Shown here: one piece after another, positions 9,027 through 17,806 of the stretch | How the letters are laid out: every line of letters starts with the position of its first letter | Numbering within the stretch: position 1 is the stretch's first letter | Source of the DNA: a bacterium | Lineage (GTDB): Bacteria; Bacillota_I; Bacilli_A; RF39; UBA660 | Assembly (NCBI GenBank): GCA_029007685.1 | Contig: JAQXIG010000051.1 | Location: forward strand, 1-24,591 | Length of the DNA stretch: 24,591 nt | Direction: 5' to 3' | The notes under the pieces: model-generated | Seen by the model: only the letters and a program-made list of their open reading frames with translations | What the model was told of the DNA's origin: nothing | Database searches by the model: none | Translations under genes and position numbers: made by a program

Positions 9027-10865
9027 TTATTTTTTTGTCAGTTGTTTTTTTAATTCATTATCTTTTTGTTGTAATGGTTTTGGATCTAATTTACCGTTTG
9101 CAGTTCTTGGCAGAGGTGTTTCATAGAATTCATACATTTTTGCTATATGATTACTTCCTAATGTTTTGTTCACTAATGACTCTATTTTTAATTTTAATTG
9201 TTCAATATCACAATCTGCATTTCTTAAAGAAATATGATATTTGGGAATAAATTGTAATTCATTATCAGAAATCTTAGTAACAATTGCTTCTCTAATTTCT
9301 GGAATTTCACTTAATAAATTTTCAATTCGCTGTGGATAAATATTTTCAATTCCACATACAAAACATCTTTTTAATCTATCAATATATTGTAATTCACCAT
9401 TTGGTAACATCTTTGCTATATCGCCGGTTACTAACCATTTTTTTCCGTATTTTTCAATAAACACTTTATCTGTTTCTTCTTGGTTTTCATAGTATCCTAA
9501 CATCATGCCTGGTCCATTTACACATAATAAACCAACTTCATTTATGCCTAATTCTTCATAGGTTGTTGGATTTACGATCATTTGATTCGTAAATGGAATC
9601 ATCGGACCTAGCGTTCCAAAGCTGTTTTTTCTTCCCATCTTCACGGCGATTGGTGCCCACATTTCGGTCATTCCTAAACCATTCCACAACTCATCACGAC
9701 TTCCTAATTCTTCAAATAGCATATTGCATACTAATTCGGTGAACATTTTCAATTGCTCTCCCCCAGATACTCCCATTTTTAAAAAGTTCATATTTAGATC
9801 TTTTAGTATCTTAGGGTCAGCTTCTTGCACGATTTTTCTTAAATATATTAAATACTCTTTGTAATTCATATTTTGATTTACTAAAAAATCAATATTTCCA
9901 ATTTGAGGATTGATTTGTCTAAATACATCATTTACAAACGCTTCCCATTGAATAGGCCCAGCAAATACTCCAGCAGGCTTTATTCTAAATACTTCTTCTT
10001 TAAAAAAATGTGGTAATGCTTTTAATGTTAATGATACTTTGGTATTTTTACAAAGTGCATAATGCAAAGATAATTTACCAAAAGCCATAAACTGTGGTAA
10101 ATTTCCCATAAAAATATCACCTGGTTTTAAGTTAGTCACATAATCTAATGATCTTACAACACAATTTAGGCCATTACCATCTAACATTACTCCTTTATGC
10201 GTTCCACTGCTTCCGCCAGTGAACATGATGTCACTCATTCTTCCTTTTTGATATTTTGGAAATACCACATCTTTGCAATCTTTCCCTTTATTAAGAATTC
10301 TTTTTAGATTGCCGTCTAATGATAGTAGTACATTACCATTTAATAATTGTTTTATTCCATAAAGTATTTTTAATATTTTACTATCCATAGATTGTACAGC
10401 AGGAAAAACAATCATGTCAATTTCCATTCCTTGACTTGCTTTTTTAAACGTACTATATGAATCTTGAATGCCAATAAACATTTTTGGTCTGACTACTTGC
10501 AAATCTTGTAAAATTTTATAACTGTTATCAAGGGGATTGATTGGACAAACAATAGCACCTAACTTATTTAAGGCATACGCTATATATACTGCTTCCGGTG
10601 TGTTAGCGACAGATATGGCTATTATATCATTTTCCCTTATACCTCTTTTATAGAGTGCTTTCGCATATTCATCAATTCTAGTATGTAATTCTTCATAAGT
10701 AATACTCATCTTATCAAAATCTAGTGCTATTTCGTTCATGTGGTCTTTATTTCGTTCATAAAGAAAATTATACTCAGTGTCATTTGGGAGTTCTATATTT
10801 TTTGCCTCGTCGGCAAAAAAGTTCATATTTAAGTTCAGTTGTGATGTTTTTAATTCTTTATTCAT
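9027..10865 (-). CDS. Class I adenylate-forming enzyme (acyl-CoA synthetase / long-chain fatty acid-CoA ligase-like)
   Basis: MFTGGSSGTHKGV P-loop-like motif, GLGMTE, TGD, RLKR hinge and terminal NGK lysine. Substrate cannot be determined from the sequence. Confidence 0.88.
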   Translation of the reverse strand: MNKELKTSQLNLNMNFFADEAKNIELPNDTEYNFLYERNKDHMNEIALDFDKMSITYEELHTRIDEYAKALYKRGIRENDIIAISVANTPEAVYIAYALNKLGAIVCPINPLDNSYKILQDLQVVRPKMFIGIQDSYSTFKKASQGMEIDMIVFPAVQSMDSKILKILYGIKQLLNGNVLLSLDGNLKRILNKGKDCKDVVFPKYQKGRMSDIMFTGGSSGTHKGVMLDGNGLNCVVRSLDYVTNLKPGDIFMGNLPQFMAFGKLSLHYALCKNTKVSLTLKALPHFFKEEVFRIKPAGVFAGPIQWEAFVNDVFRQINPQIGNIDFLVNQNMNYKEYLIYLRKIVQEADPKILKDLNMNFLKMGVSGGEQLKMFTELVCNMLFEELGSRDELWNGLGMTEMWAPIAVKMGRKNSFGTLGPMIPFTNQMIVNPTTYEELGINEVGLLCVNGPGMMLGYYENQEETDKVFIEKYGKKWLVTGDIAKMLPNGELQYIDRLKRCFVCGIENIYPQRIENLLSEIPEIREAIVTKISDNELQFIPKYHISLRNADCDIEQLKLKIESLVNKTLGSNHIAKMYEFYETPLPRTANGKLDPKPLQQKDNELKKQLTKK

Positions 10866-10982
10866 AATTTTACCTACTTTCTATTTCTGGTATTTCCAAA
10901 ATTTGTTATTATTCTAACATGATGTTTCGCAAAAAGCTATATTTTTTTTGTTTTTATCCTTTTTTAGTTTTTGTATATTTTT

Positions 10983-12689
10983 GTCGAGTAGGCAAACTTG
11001 ACTTACTTCTCTTTCTTTATTATTTTAAGTGAAAGGCCTGTCTGTCTGCCCTCACAGAACCTATCTTGCCCTATTAAGGCAGTAGACTCTTCATATAAAT
11101 TTTCGAATTCAACCTATATTAGCTCTTATTATAGGAGTTGACAAATGTATCCTCTCCATATTCTATTAAACACTTCATATGTCATACTACTTTTCTGATG
11201 TCTTCTATTTCGTATTCTATATGTAGTCTATTTAACATATAAATAGTCATTACTTATGGTCTTACTATTATTATTGAGTTGTAATGCTCTATCAAATTTC
11301 TTTTAATGGTATTCATTATTTCTATTATTGGTTTATGCATACTTTCCTTCATCCATAATTTAAAGTCTGTTCGTTTTGCTTTCATTTTCTTTTTACTAGT
11401 TCAAGATTAAATTTTAAAAGTCTTTTCTTTAGAACTTTATAAAATGCTTTTGCTTCACTTTCATATTGGAATATTACTGCAAAATCATCGGCATATCTTA
11501 CTATTTCAACATATCCTTTTGCTCTCAAACTTAGAGTTTTATCTTCCCATAAATCTAGTACATAATGTAAATATACATTGGCTAGTACTGGAGATAGTAA
11601 TCCCACCCCTTGTGATGTTTCTTTAATACTGTCTCTGCTGACTTTATCTTCCATTATTCCAGATTTAAGAAATTTTACTATGTATCTAATATCATTCTCA
11701 TTTTCTAGAAATTTTATTAACCATTTATGGTCTATATTATCAAAGAAACCTTTTATATCTTCATCTAAAATATAATTTACTGATTTAGTCATAATCAATT
11801 TCTTTATTTTTGACATTGCCATATGTGGATTTCTATTTAGCCTGAATCCATATAGTCAATCTGGAAATCTTGGTTCATATATTTCACTTAATATATTTGC
11901 CATTTGCTTTTGGTATATATGCTCTTCTTACGGCTTGTGGTTTATAGCTGAATGACTTCATTTTCTGAAGCAATTTTCCTATATTATTATATAAATTTTC
12001 TTCATACTTATCTTTCGTCATCTTGCCTATTTCACTTACTTTATTTATGAACTACTTTTGATGTTCTTTTATTAATGTTTCTTTATTAATATGATACATT
12101 AGTGTTTGAAGTTTCTTGTATTTTATAGATTGACTTCTTATATCTTCCCTTTCATTTTCCATTATATCGTTTACCTCCATGTGTAATAAATGTTTCTATT
12201 GGAGAAACAATTTATATGCTAGTTCCTTTGCTCCGCCATCGTTACTTGCTTCTTTGCTACTATGGACTAGTCCGGCTACTTATACTCATTGATCTAACTT
12301 AGTTTACCAAACATTGTTTTGATATACCTTTTATTATTGGTGATTTTAAACCTCTTAAACTTAAGGAACTTATCAGTTCTCCTAGGTATGCTTAGTATAC
12401 CTTGTGAACTCACCAAGTTCTAAGATCCCGGTAGAATTCATAATATCTCACATTAACGATATTATAAATGTTGCTTGCTGTAATCAGGAGTACATCAGAT
12501 TCCACTTTTTTTGTTTTAGTAACGAGGCTGCATCACTTCACGATTTCGCATTTCGGCTCGAACTCTTTCTTGTCTGCACTTAAATCTCATCTCACGATTT
12601 TGGCTCCAAGACTAGATATTGGCTCTTTGCTAGATACTACCAGATTGGGAGTTTCACCAAATTATATATTAAGTAGCGAACTGGCGCAC
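10983..12689 (-). mobile_element. Group II intron (IIB-like, no endonuclease domain), full-length boundaries but decayed
   Basis: 5' end GTGCGCCAG at 12689. Domain V-like GAGTCTACTGCCTTAATAGGGCAAGATAGGTTC at 11057-11089. Domain VI stem GGCAGAC/GTTTGCC and 3' end CTACTCGAC at 10983. An RT/maturase pseudogene lies inside. Confidence 0.85.
11109..12162 (-). pseudogene. Group II intron reverse transcriptase/maturase (LtrA-like) pseudogene
   Basis: ATG at 12162 after GGAGG. Fragments include YKPQAVRRAYIPKANGK, DIKGFFDNIDH, LSPVLANVYLHYVLDLW, VRYADDF and maturase-domain TSKKKMKAKR and NRRHQKSS. Multiple stops and frameshifts; the RT6-7 (FLG) region appears deleted. Confidence 0.88.
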
Positions 12690-13007
12690 CCTTATTTAGA
12701 AAAAAATGCTTGATAGATGCTTAGTTCTGATAAACTTTTTATAAAACATAGGATATGGCAGATAGGTTTTTGATTTCCATGATGTAGTTCTCTTCTTCGA
12801 AATATTTTTTATCCTCATCTCCTAATTTTCGTTTTCAGTCTTTGAAACGACTTTGTAAATTACTATTGATGATAATTCTACGTTGGGATTTTTCTTTTCT
12901 GCTGTCCCTTTTCTAATCATAAGCGCTATATAACTTGGGGTGAACATAAAGAAATTATTGTGAAATCTTTTATGCAATCTGATACTATGATATGTTTTTT
13001 TTATTAG

Positions 13008-13038
13008 AAAAAAGATACTGGACATTCTTTCAGTATCT
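13008..13038 (-). terminator. Intrinsic terminator
   Basis: AGATACTG/CAGTATCT perfect 8-bp stem followed by a U-tract on the minus strand. Confidence 0.6.
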
Positions 13039-13079
13039 CAGACTGTAGACAAAATCTTTCGACTTTTTCTACAATCTGA
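13038..13079. repeat. Imperfect inverted repeat resembling paired IS/REP-type ends
   Basis: TCAGACTGTAGACAAA (13038-13053) versus TTTTTCTACAATCTGA (13064-13079): 14/16 complementary with a 10-nt spacer. Confidence 0.6.
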
Positions 13080-13101
13080 AGCAAATAAATTTGCTTCAGA
13101 T
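13074..13101. repeat. Perfect 13-bp palindrome
   Basis: ATCTGAAGCAAAT-AA-ATTTGCTTCAGAT. Confidence 0.75.
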
Positions 13102-13163
13102 ATCATGGCCAGACCATTTATACAGAACTTTTTACCATCTCATGATAGAGGTTAAAAAATATT

Positions 13164-13248
13164 AAAGGACTGTCTCCTGTACATTACAGGTTACAATCCT
13201 TTAATTAGAAACTATTTATAAACTGTCCAACTTTTGGAATTTAGTTCA
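13164..13248 (+). mobile_element. IS3-family (IS150-like) right-end remnant
   Basis: Transposase C-terminus KGLSPVHYRLQSFN* (13164-13208), then a right terminal repeat CTGTCCAACTTTTGGAATTTAGTTCA ending in CA (13223-13248). Confidence 0.75.
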
Positions 13249-13281
13249 CTTTGTTGGTAGTCTATTATGATTGGGATATCA

Positions 13282-14082
13282 TTATGAATTAATTCGATTT
13301 AACTTCTTTTCTATCCATGTAATTATATAATACATTATATAAGAAACCATCCCTAATATTACTACGGAAGTAATTACTAGATTGATATTGAATACTTGTG
13401 ATCCATACATAATTAAATAACCTAGTCCTTCTTTTGACACTAATAATTCTCCCATAATTACACCAATTAGAGACATACTAATATTGATTTTTAAACAACT
13501 AATGAGTGTTAGTCGATTACTAGGAACTATTAATTTAGAAAATATCTGTCCTTTGCTAGCATGCAGTGTTTTTAGTAATGTAATATAGTAACTTTCGGTC
13601 GATTGAAAACCATTATAGATGTTAATAATGGTGATAAAAGTAGAGATTAGTAAGGCCATAAAGATAATAGAATTGGTATTGGCTCCAATCCAGATAATGA
13701 TAAGTGGACCTAATGCTACTTTAGGGAGTGAGTTCATAATGGTTAAATACGGATCTATGATTTTAGCTACTTTGGGAAACCACCATAGAATAGAGGCAAC
13801 CATAAAACCAGTTATACTAGCAATGAACAAACTGATTATGGTTTCATAGATCGTAATCCAAACATGATTCCATAAATTGTTGTGTTCTAATAGTGAAATA
13901 AAGGTTTTCATTACTTCACTAGGGGAACTTGATAAAAAAGTATTGATCCATTCTCTGTTAGCTGCTAATTCCCATAAAGCTAGGAAAAAGACGATAATTA
14001 ACAATTGGCATAGAACAATGATTCCTTTTTCTCTTTTTCTTTTTTTCAAAAAATTTTTATGCTCTTTGCTATAGGTGGACAT
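13282..14082 (-). CDS. NitT/TauT-family ABC transporter permease (YtlD-like)
   Basis: Multiple TM segments, PYLTIMNSLPKVALGPLIIIWIG, EAA-like loop and GELLVSKEGLGYLI. Confidence 0.9.
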   Translation of the reverse strand: MSTYSKEHKNFLKKRKREKGIIVLCQLLIIVFFLALWELAANREWINTFLSSSPSEVMKTFISLLEHNNLWNHVWITIYETIISLFIASITGFMVASILWWFPKVAKIIDPYLTIMNSLPKVALGPLIIIWIGANTNSIIFMALLISTFITIINIYNGFQSTESYYITLLKTLHASKGQIFSKLIVPSNRLTLISCLKINISMSLIGVIMGELLVSKEGLGYLIMYGSQVFNINLVITSVVILGMVSYIMYYIITWIEKKLNRINS

Positions 14083-14818
14083 CTAAATCCCTCCAAATCA
14101 AATCATAGTAAGTGCTAAATTCTTTACACTTACGATTGTGGATAGGTGTTGATTTATTGGTCAATTCGATATCATATATTTTCTTTACTTTGGTCGGTCT
14201 TTTAGACAGAACAACGATGCGATCTGATAATGAAATTGCTTCTGCTAGATCATGCGTTACTAAAATGGCAGTTTTTCCTTCGCTCTTAATGATTTGATAT
14301 ACATCTTCTGAAAGTGCTAATCTGGTTTGATAGTCTAGGGCAGAAAATGGTTCATCTAATAATAAAATATCAGGATTGATTGCTAGTGTGCGAATAAGAG
14401 CTACCCGTTGTTTCATTCCGCCCGATAAAGAACTAGGATATTTATTCATAAATTCTTCTAATCCATATGTTTTTAAAAGTCTAATAACATTATTCTTGGT
14501 TTCTTCATTTAAGGTATGATTAATTTCTAGTCCTAGTAAACAATTTTCTAGAATTGTTTTCCATGGAAATAAAGCATCTTTTTGCAACATATACCCAATC
14601 GTCATATTCTCTTTTTGAAACGAGATATCTCCAGCTGATTTTTTTTCAAGGTTTGATAGGATTGAAAGAAGACTAGTTTTTCCACAACCAGATGGTCCGA
14701 CAATCGCTAGTAGCTCATTTTCGAATATGTCTAGGGTAATATTTTCAATGGCTGGAATCTCACCATCTACATCGTGGTAAATCTTCTTTAAATTTTTTAT
14801 TTTTAAAACTGGTTTCAT
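14069..14818 (-). CDS. NitT/TauT-family ABC transporter ATP-binding protein (YtlC-like)
   Basis: GPSGCGKT, LSGGMKQR, LLLDEPFSALD and VTHD motifs. Confidence 0.93.
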   Translation of the reverse strand: MKPVLKIKNLKKIYHDVDGEIPAIENITLDIFENELLAIVGPSGCGKTSLLSILSNLEKKSAGDISFQKENMTIGYMLQKDALFPWKTILENCLLGLEINHTLNEETKNNVIRLLKTYGLEEFMNKYPSSLSGGMKQRVALIRTLAINPDILLLDEPFSALDYQTRLALSEDVYQIIKSEGKTAILVTHDLAEAISLSDRIVVLSKRPTKVKKIYDIELTNKSTPIHNRKCKEFSTYYDLIWRDLDVHL

Positions 14819-14819
14819 A

Positions 14820-15815
14820 TTAATCCTTATTATAGATTAATTCATTATATGGTACTTTTGTTTCTAATTCTGAAGCTGCCATCATTATTTCCTGTAAGTG
14901 ATAAAATGATTCTTCACTAAATGTTGTGGTTGTTGGCCAAGCTTCTACACTACGATATCTTTCTACGACTCCAATTAGGTCATTCATTGAAGTGTCTGGA
15001 AAGAATTCTATCACTGCTTCTGCTACCTTTTCGTCACTATTATTGTGGACAAAGTCAAGTCCTTTTTGAATGGCTCTTGTAAATTTTTCAACAATTTCAG
15101 GATTTTTTTCAATATAGCTAATGCGAGCACTATATGAGGTGTATGGTACTACTCCTCCCATTTCACCAATAGAAGCTACCACATAACCAAATCCTTGATT
15201 TTCAACTTGTAAGGCATTGGGTTCAAATAGGGTTACAAAATCACCTTGCCCGCCTATGAAAGCGCTGCTCATGGCTGCAAAGGCTACACTTGTATCAATA
15301 TTTACATCTTTCACTGGATCAATTCCATTTTGACGAAGAGCCCATTCAAATGTCATTTCTGGCATTCCGCCTTTTCTTCCACCAATGATTTCTTTTCCCT
15401 TCAAATCTTCTAAGGTGAAGTCTTTAATTTTTTCACGTGAAACTAAAAAAGTTCCGTCTTTTTGTGTAAGTTGGGCAAATGTTTTTAAGTAATCTTTTTC
15501 ACCACCGTTATAGACATAGATGCAAGCTTCACTTCCGGAAAAACCAATGTCTACATCTCCTGATAACACAGCAGCTGTAACTTTGTCTGCGCCTGGTGTT
15601 AAAATAAGTTCAATATCCAATCCCTCTTCTTCAAAAAATCCTTGGCTGATTGCTGCATATTGAGGGGCATAGAATACTGTGTGTGCTACTTCTGCTACTC
15701 TAATTTTTTCTAATTTGTTTGTCTTATTATCACTGTTGTTTAAATCTAATATAAATATGGTGATGACTATTCCAAGAATTGCAACACAGATGATCGAATA
15801 AATTATTTTTTTCAT
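14820..15815 (-). CDS. NitT/TauT (NMT1/SsuA-like) ABC substrate-binding protein (YtlA-like)
   Basis: N-terminal membrane anchor; KIRVAEVAHTVFYAPQY, FAQLTQKDGTFLVSR and GGRKGGMPEM closely recall B. subtilis YtlA. Confidence 0.88.
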   Translation of the reverse strand: MKKIIYSIICVAILGIVITIFILDLNNSDNKTNKLEKIRVAEVAHTVFYAPQYAAISQGFFEEEGLDIELILTPGADKVTAAVLSGDVDIGFSGSEACIYVYNGGEKDYLKTFAQLTQKDGTFLVSREKIKDFTLEDLKGKEIIGGRKGGMPEMTFEWALRQNGIDPVKDVNIDTSVAFAAMSSAFIGGQGDFVTLFEPNALQVENQGFGYVVASIGEMGGVVPYTSYSARISYIEKNPEIVEKFTRAIQKGLDFVHNNSDEKVAEAVIEFFPDTSMNDLIGVVERYRSVEAWPTTTTFSEESFYHLQEIMMAASELETKVPYNELIYNKD

Positions 15816-15828
15816 ATATCCTCCTTTA

Positions 15829-15861
15829 CTAGTTTATTATATGAGTATTTCCATTAAGTGT
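15829..15861 (-). promoter_or_regulatory. Putative sigK-type promoter for the ABC operon
   Basis: AC-16 nt-CATATAATA (CATAnnnTA), followed by AACTAG and the RBS AAAGGAGG. Confidence 0.5.
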
Positions 15862-15877
15862 TATTAATTTTGGCATC

Positions 15878-15912
15878 AAAAAAACAGTACATTTTAGCAG
15901 AAGTACTGTTTT
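15878..15912 (-). terminator. Intrinsic terminator ending the tsa operon
   Basis: AAAACAGTAC/GTACTGTTTT perfect 10-bp arms with a U-tract. Confidence 0.7.
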
Positions 15913-15925
15913 AGTATGAATTCGA

Positions 15926-16363
15926 TTATTCATTGATTAGATTACAGTCTAGTCTAACTTCTATATTATAGGAATCTTTGTCATAAGGAGTTTTTGGATA
16001 AATAATTGCTTTCGTATTGTCAAAATCACATGGCGTATTATTATCTTTATTGACCATATTTTCTTTTGCCTCTTTTTCGATTATGGTATTTTGTTCTATC
16101 AGGACATTTATACTTAAACTGATTCCAGTTGTTTCAAAATTCTGTAAAAAAGTATCTACTTCATCTACCATATTGGGTAATTGTGGATAGTATATCTCTT
16201 CATAAAAATACTTTGCTTTCTTTTCGAGGTATTTTGAAAGTCTTTCTTGTTGATTCTTTGATCTAGAGTTATCCTTCACTACTAGAGTTGCAACTAAGAT
16301 TATAATAATGGCTACAAGTAGTAATGTTAATAATATTAGATTCTTTTTCTTCATCTTTTTCAT
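15926..16363 (-). CDS. Hypothetical membrane-anchored protein with a C-terminal Cys pair
   Basis: Basic N-terminus, one hydrophobic segment, two Cys near the C-terminus; follows tsaD with a 19-nt gap. Confidence 0.75.
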   Translation of the reverse strand: MKKMKKKNLILLTLLLVAIIIILVATLVVKDNSRSKNQQERLSKYLEKKAKYFYEEIYYPQLPNMVDEVDTFLQNFETTGISLSINVLIEQNTIIEKEAKENMVNKDNNTPCDFDNTKAIIYPKTPYDKDSYNIEVRLDCNLINE

Positions 16364-16382
16364 ATTTTCTATTCCTTTTCTT

Positions 16383-17387
16383 TTAGTTTAATACATCACT
16401 AGATTTACTATTTAATTCTAAATTAGCAATTCTATTTTTTTTGTAAGCAAAATATCCTGATGCCGCAATCATAGCTGCATTGTCTGTGCAGTAATTGAGT
16501 GGTGGAAAAACACAATGAATGTTTTCTTGTTGACATAATTCAGTTAGTTTTTCTCGGATTCCTTTATTAGCGGCTACTCCTCCTGCCACAATTAGATTAC
16601 TAACTTTTCTTTCTTGGAGGGCTTTCATCGTTTTTTTCGTGATAATTTCTATTACGACATTTTGAAATGAGGCGGCTAAATCTTTTTTTCTTATTTCTTG
16701 ATTACGTTGTTTCTCATTATGTACTAAATTTATTACTGCACTCTTTAAACCACTAAAACTAAAATTAAAGCTTTCATCATTTAATGGAATGGGGAGTTTA
16801 TAACTTGGACTTCCTTCATGAGCCCATCTATCAATAGTTGGTCCTCCAGGATATGGTACATCTATGATTCTTGCTACTTTATCATAACATTCTCCTACTG
16901 CATCATCCAGGGTCGCTCCAATTTTTTCGAATGAATAATGATCCTTCATATAAATCAATTCAGTATGCCCTCCACTAATTACCAAAGCTAATAAAGGAAA
17001 CTTCATTTCTTCTACTAAATTATTAGCATAGATATGTCCAGAAATGTGATGCACTGGAATTAGTGGTTTTTGGAATAAATAAGATAGGGTTTTGGCAGCT
17101 TCTACTCCTACTAATAACGATCCAATTAAACCTGGCCCATAAGTAATTGCGATGGCATCCATATCCTCTAATTTCATTTTAGCTTTTTCTAGGCATTCTT
17201 CTATTACTAAAGTTATATTTTTGACATGTTCTCTACTCGCTATCTCTGGTACTACTCCTCCATAATGCTTATGAATTGAAATCTGTGAGGATACTACAGT
17301 CGAGATTTCTTCTTTACCATTTTTTACGATGGAACAGCTTGTCTCATCGCAACTACTTTCAATTCCGAATATATATATATCTTTCAT
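16383..17387 (-). CDS. tsaD: tRNA N6-threonylcarbamoyladenosine transferase TsaD
   Basis: GIESSCDETS, GGVVPEIASREH, HHISGHIY, SGGHT, DDAVGECYDK, FSFSGLKSA and TDNAAMIA motifs. Confidence 0.97.
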   Translation of the reverse strand: MKDIYIFGIESSCDETSCSIVKNGKEEISTVVSSQISIHKHYGGVVPEIASREHVKNITLVIEECLEKAKMKLEDMDAIAITYGPGLIGSLLVGVEAAKTLSYLFQKPLIPVHHISGHIYANNLVEEMKFPLLALVISGGHTELIYMKDHYSFEKIGATLDDAVGECYDKVARIIDVPYPGGPTIDRWAHEGSPSYKLPIPLNDESFNFSFSGLKSAVINLVHNEKQRNQEIRKKDLAASFQNVVIEIITKKTMKALQERKVSNLIVAGGVAANKGIREKLTELCQQENIHCVFPPLNYCTDNAAMIAASGYFAYKKNRIANLELNSKSSDVLN

Positions 17388-17806
17388 TTGCTCACCTCTT
17401 TCTCCATTAAAACAGCATCGATTCCTTGATAATAGCCTTTTCTAATTGCTACTTCGACAAATCCTTTTTTTTTGTATAAGTGTATTGCGTTTCTGTTATT
17501 TATTTTTACTTCTAGGGTTATACTGTTAACTTTATTTCGAGTACAATCTTTTATCATGTACTCTATTAGTTTACTTCCAATATGATGATTTTGATAGCTT
17601 TCTATCACATTTATATTTATTAATTCTGCTCTTTCATATATAATATCATAATTAATAAAAGCTACTATTCTATCGTCAATTTTATATGTAAAATATTTCG
17701 TAAACGAATTGTCTACTTTTCTTTTTTTAACACTATCTTTACTAAATACTTGGGGAAATCTTTTTTCTAATTCTACTATATCTTTTTCTGCTAATTCTTG
17801 AATCAT
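17384..17806 (-). CDS. rimI: Ribosomal-protein-alanine N-acetyltransferase (GNAT)
   Basis: GNAT motifs (LEVKINNRNAIHLYKKKGF, RKGYY); position between tsaB and tsaD with ATGA overlaps. Confidence 0.85.
   Translation of the reverse strand: MIQELAEKDIVELEKRFPQVFSKDSVKKRKVDNSFTKYFTYKIDDRIVAFINYDIIYERAELININVIESYQNHHIGSKLIEYMIKDCTRNKVNSITLEVKINNRNAIHLYKKKGFVEVAIRKGYYQGIDAVLMEKEVSK

Noticed and set aside
11382-11822. RT ORF as a retron, DGR, CRISPR-associated or other novel RT system
   Set aside because: It sits inside GTGCG...domain V/VI...AC group II intron boundaries, has a maturase domain and is broken by stops, frameshifts and a deletion. I saw no msr/msd, TR/VR pair, cas gene or effector partner.
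12822-13025. 67-aa minus-strand ORF
   Set aside because: Starts inside a terminator hairpin, has no RBS or motif, and lies antisense to a probable decayed + strand gene.
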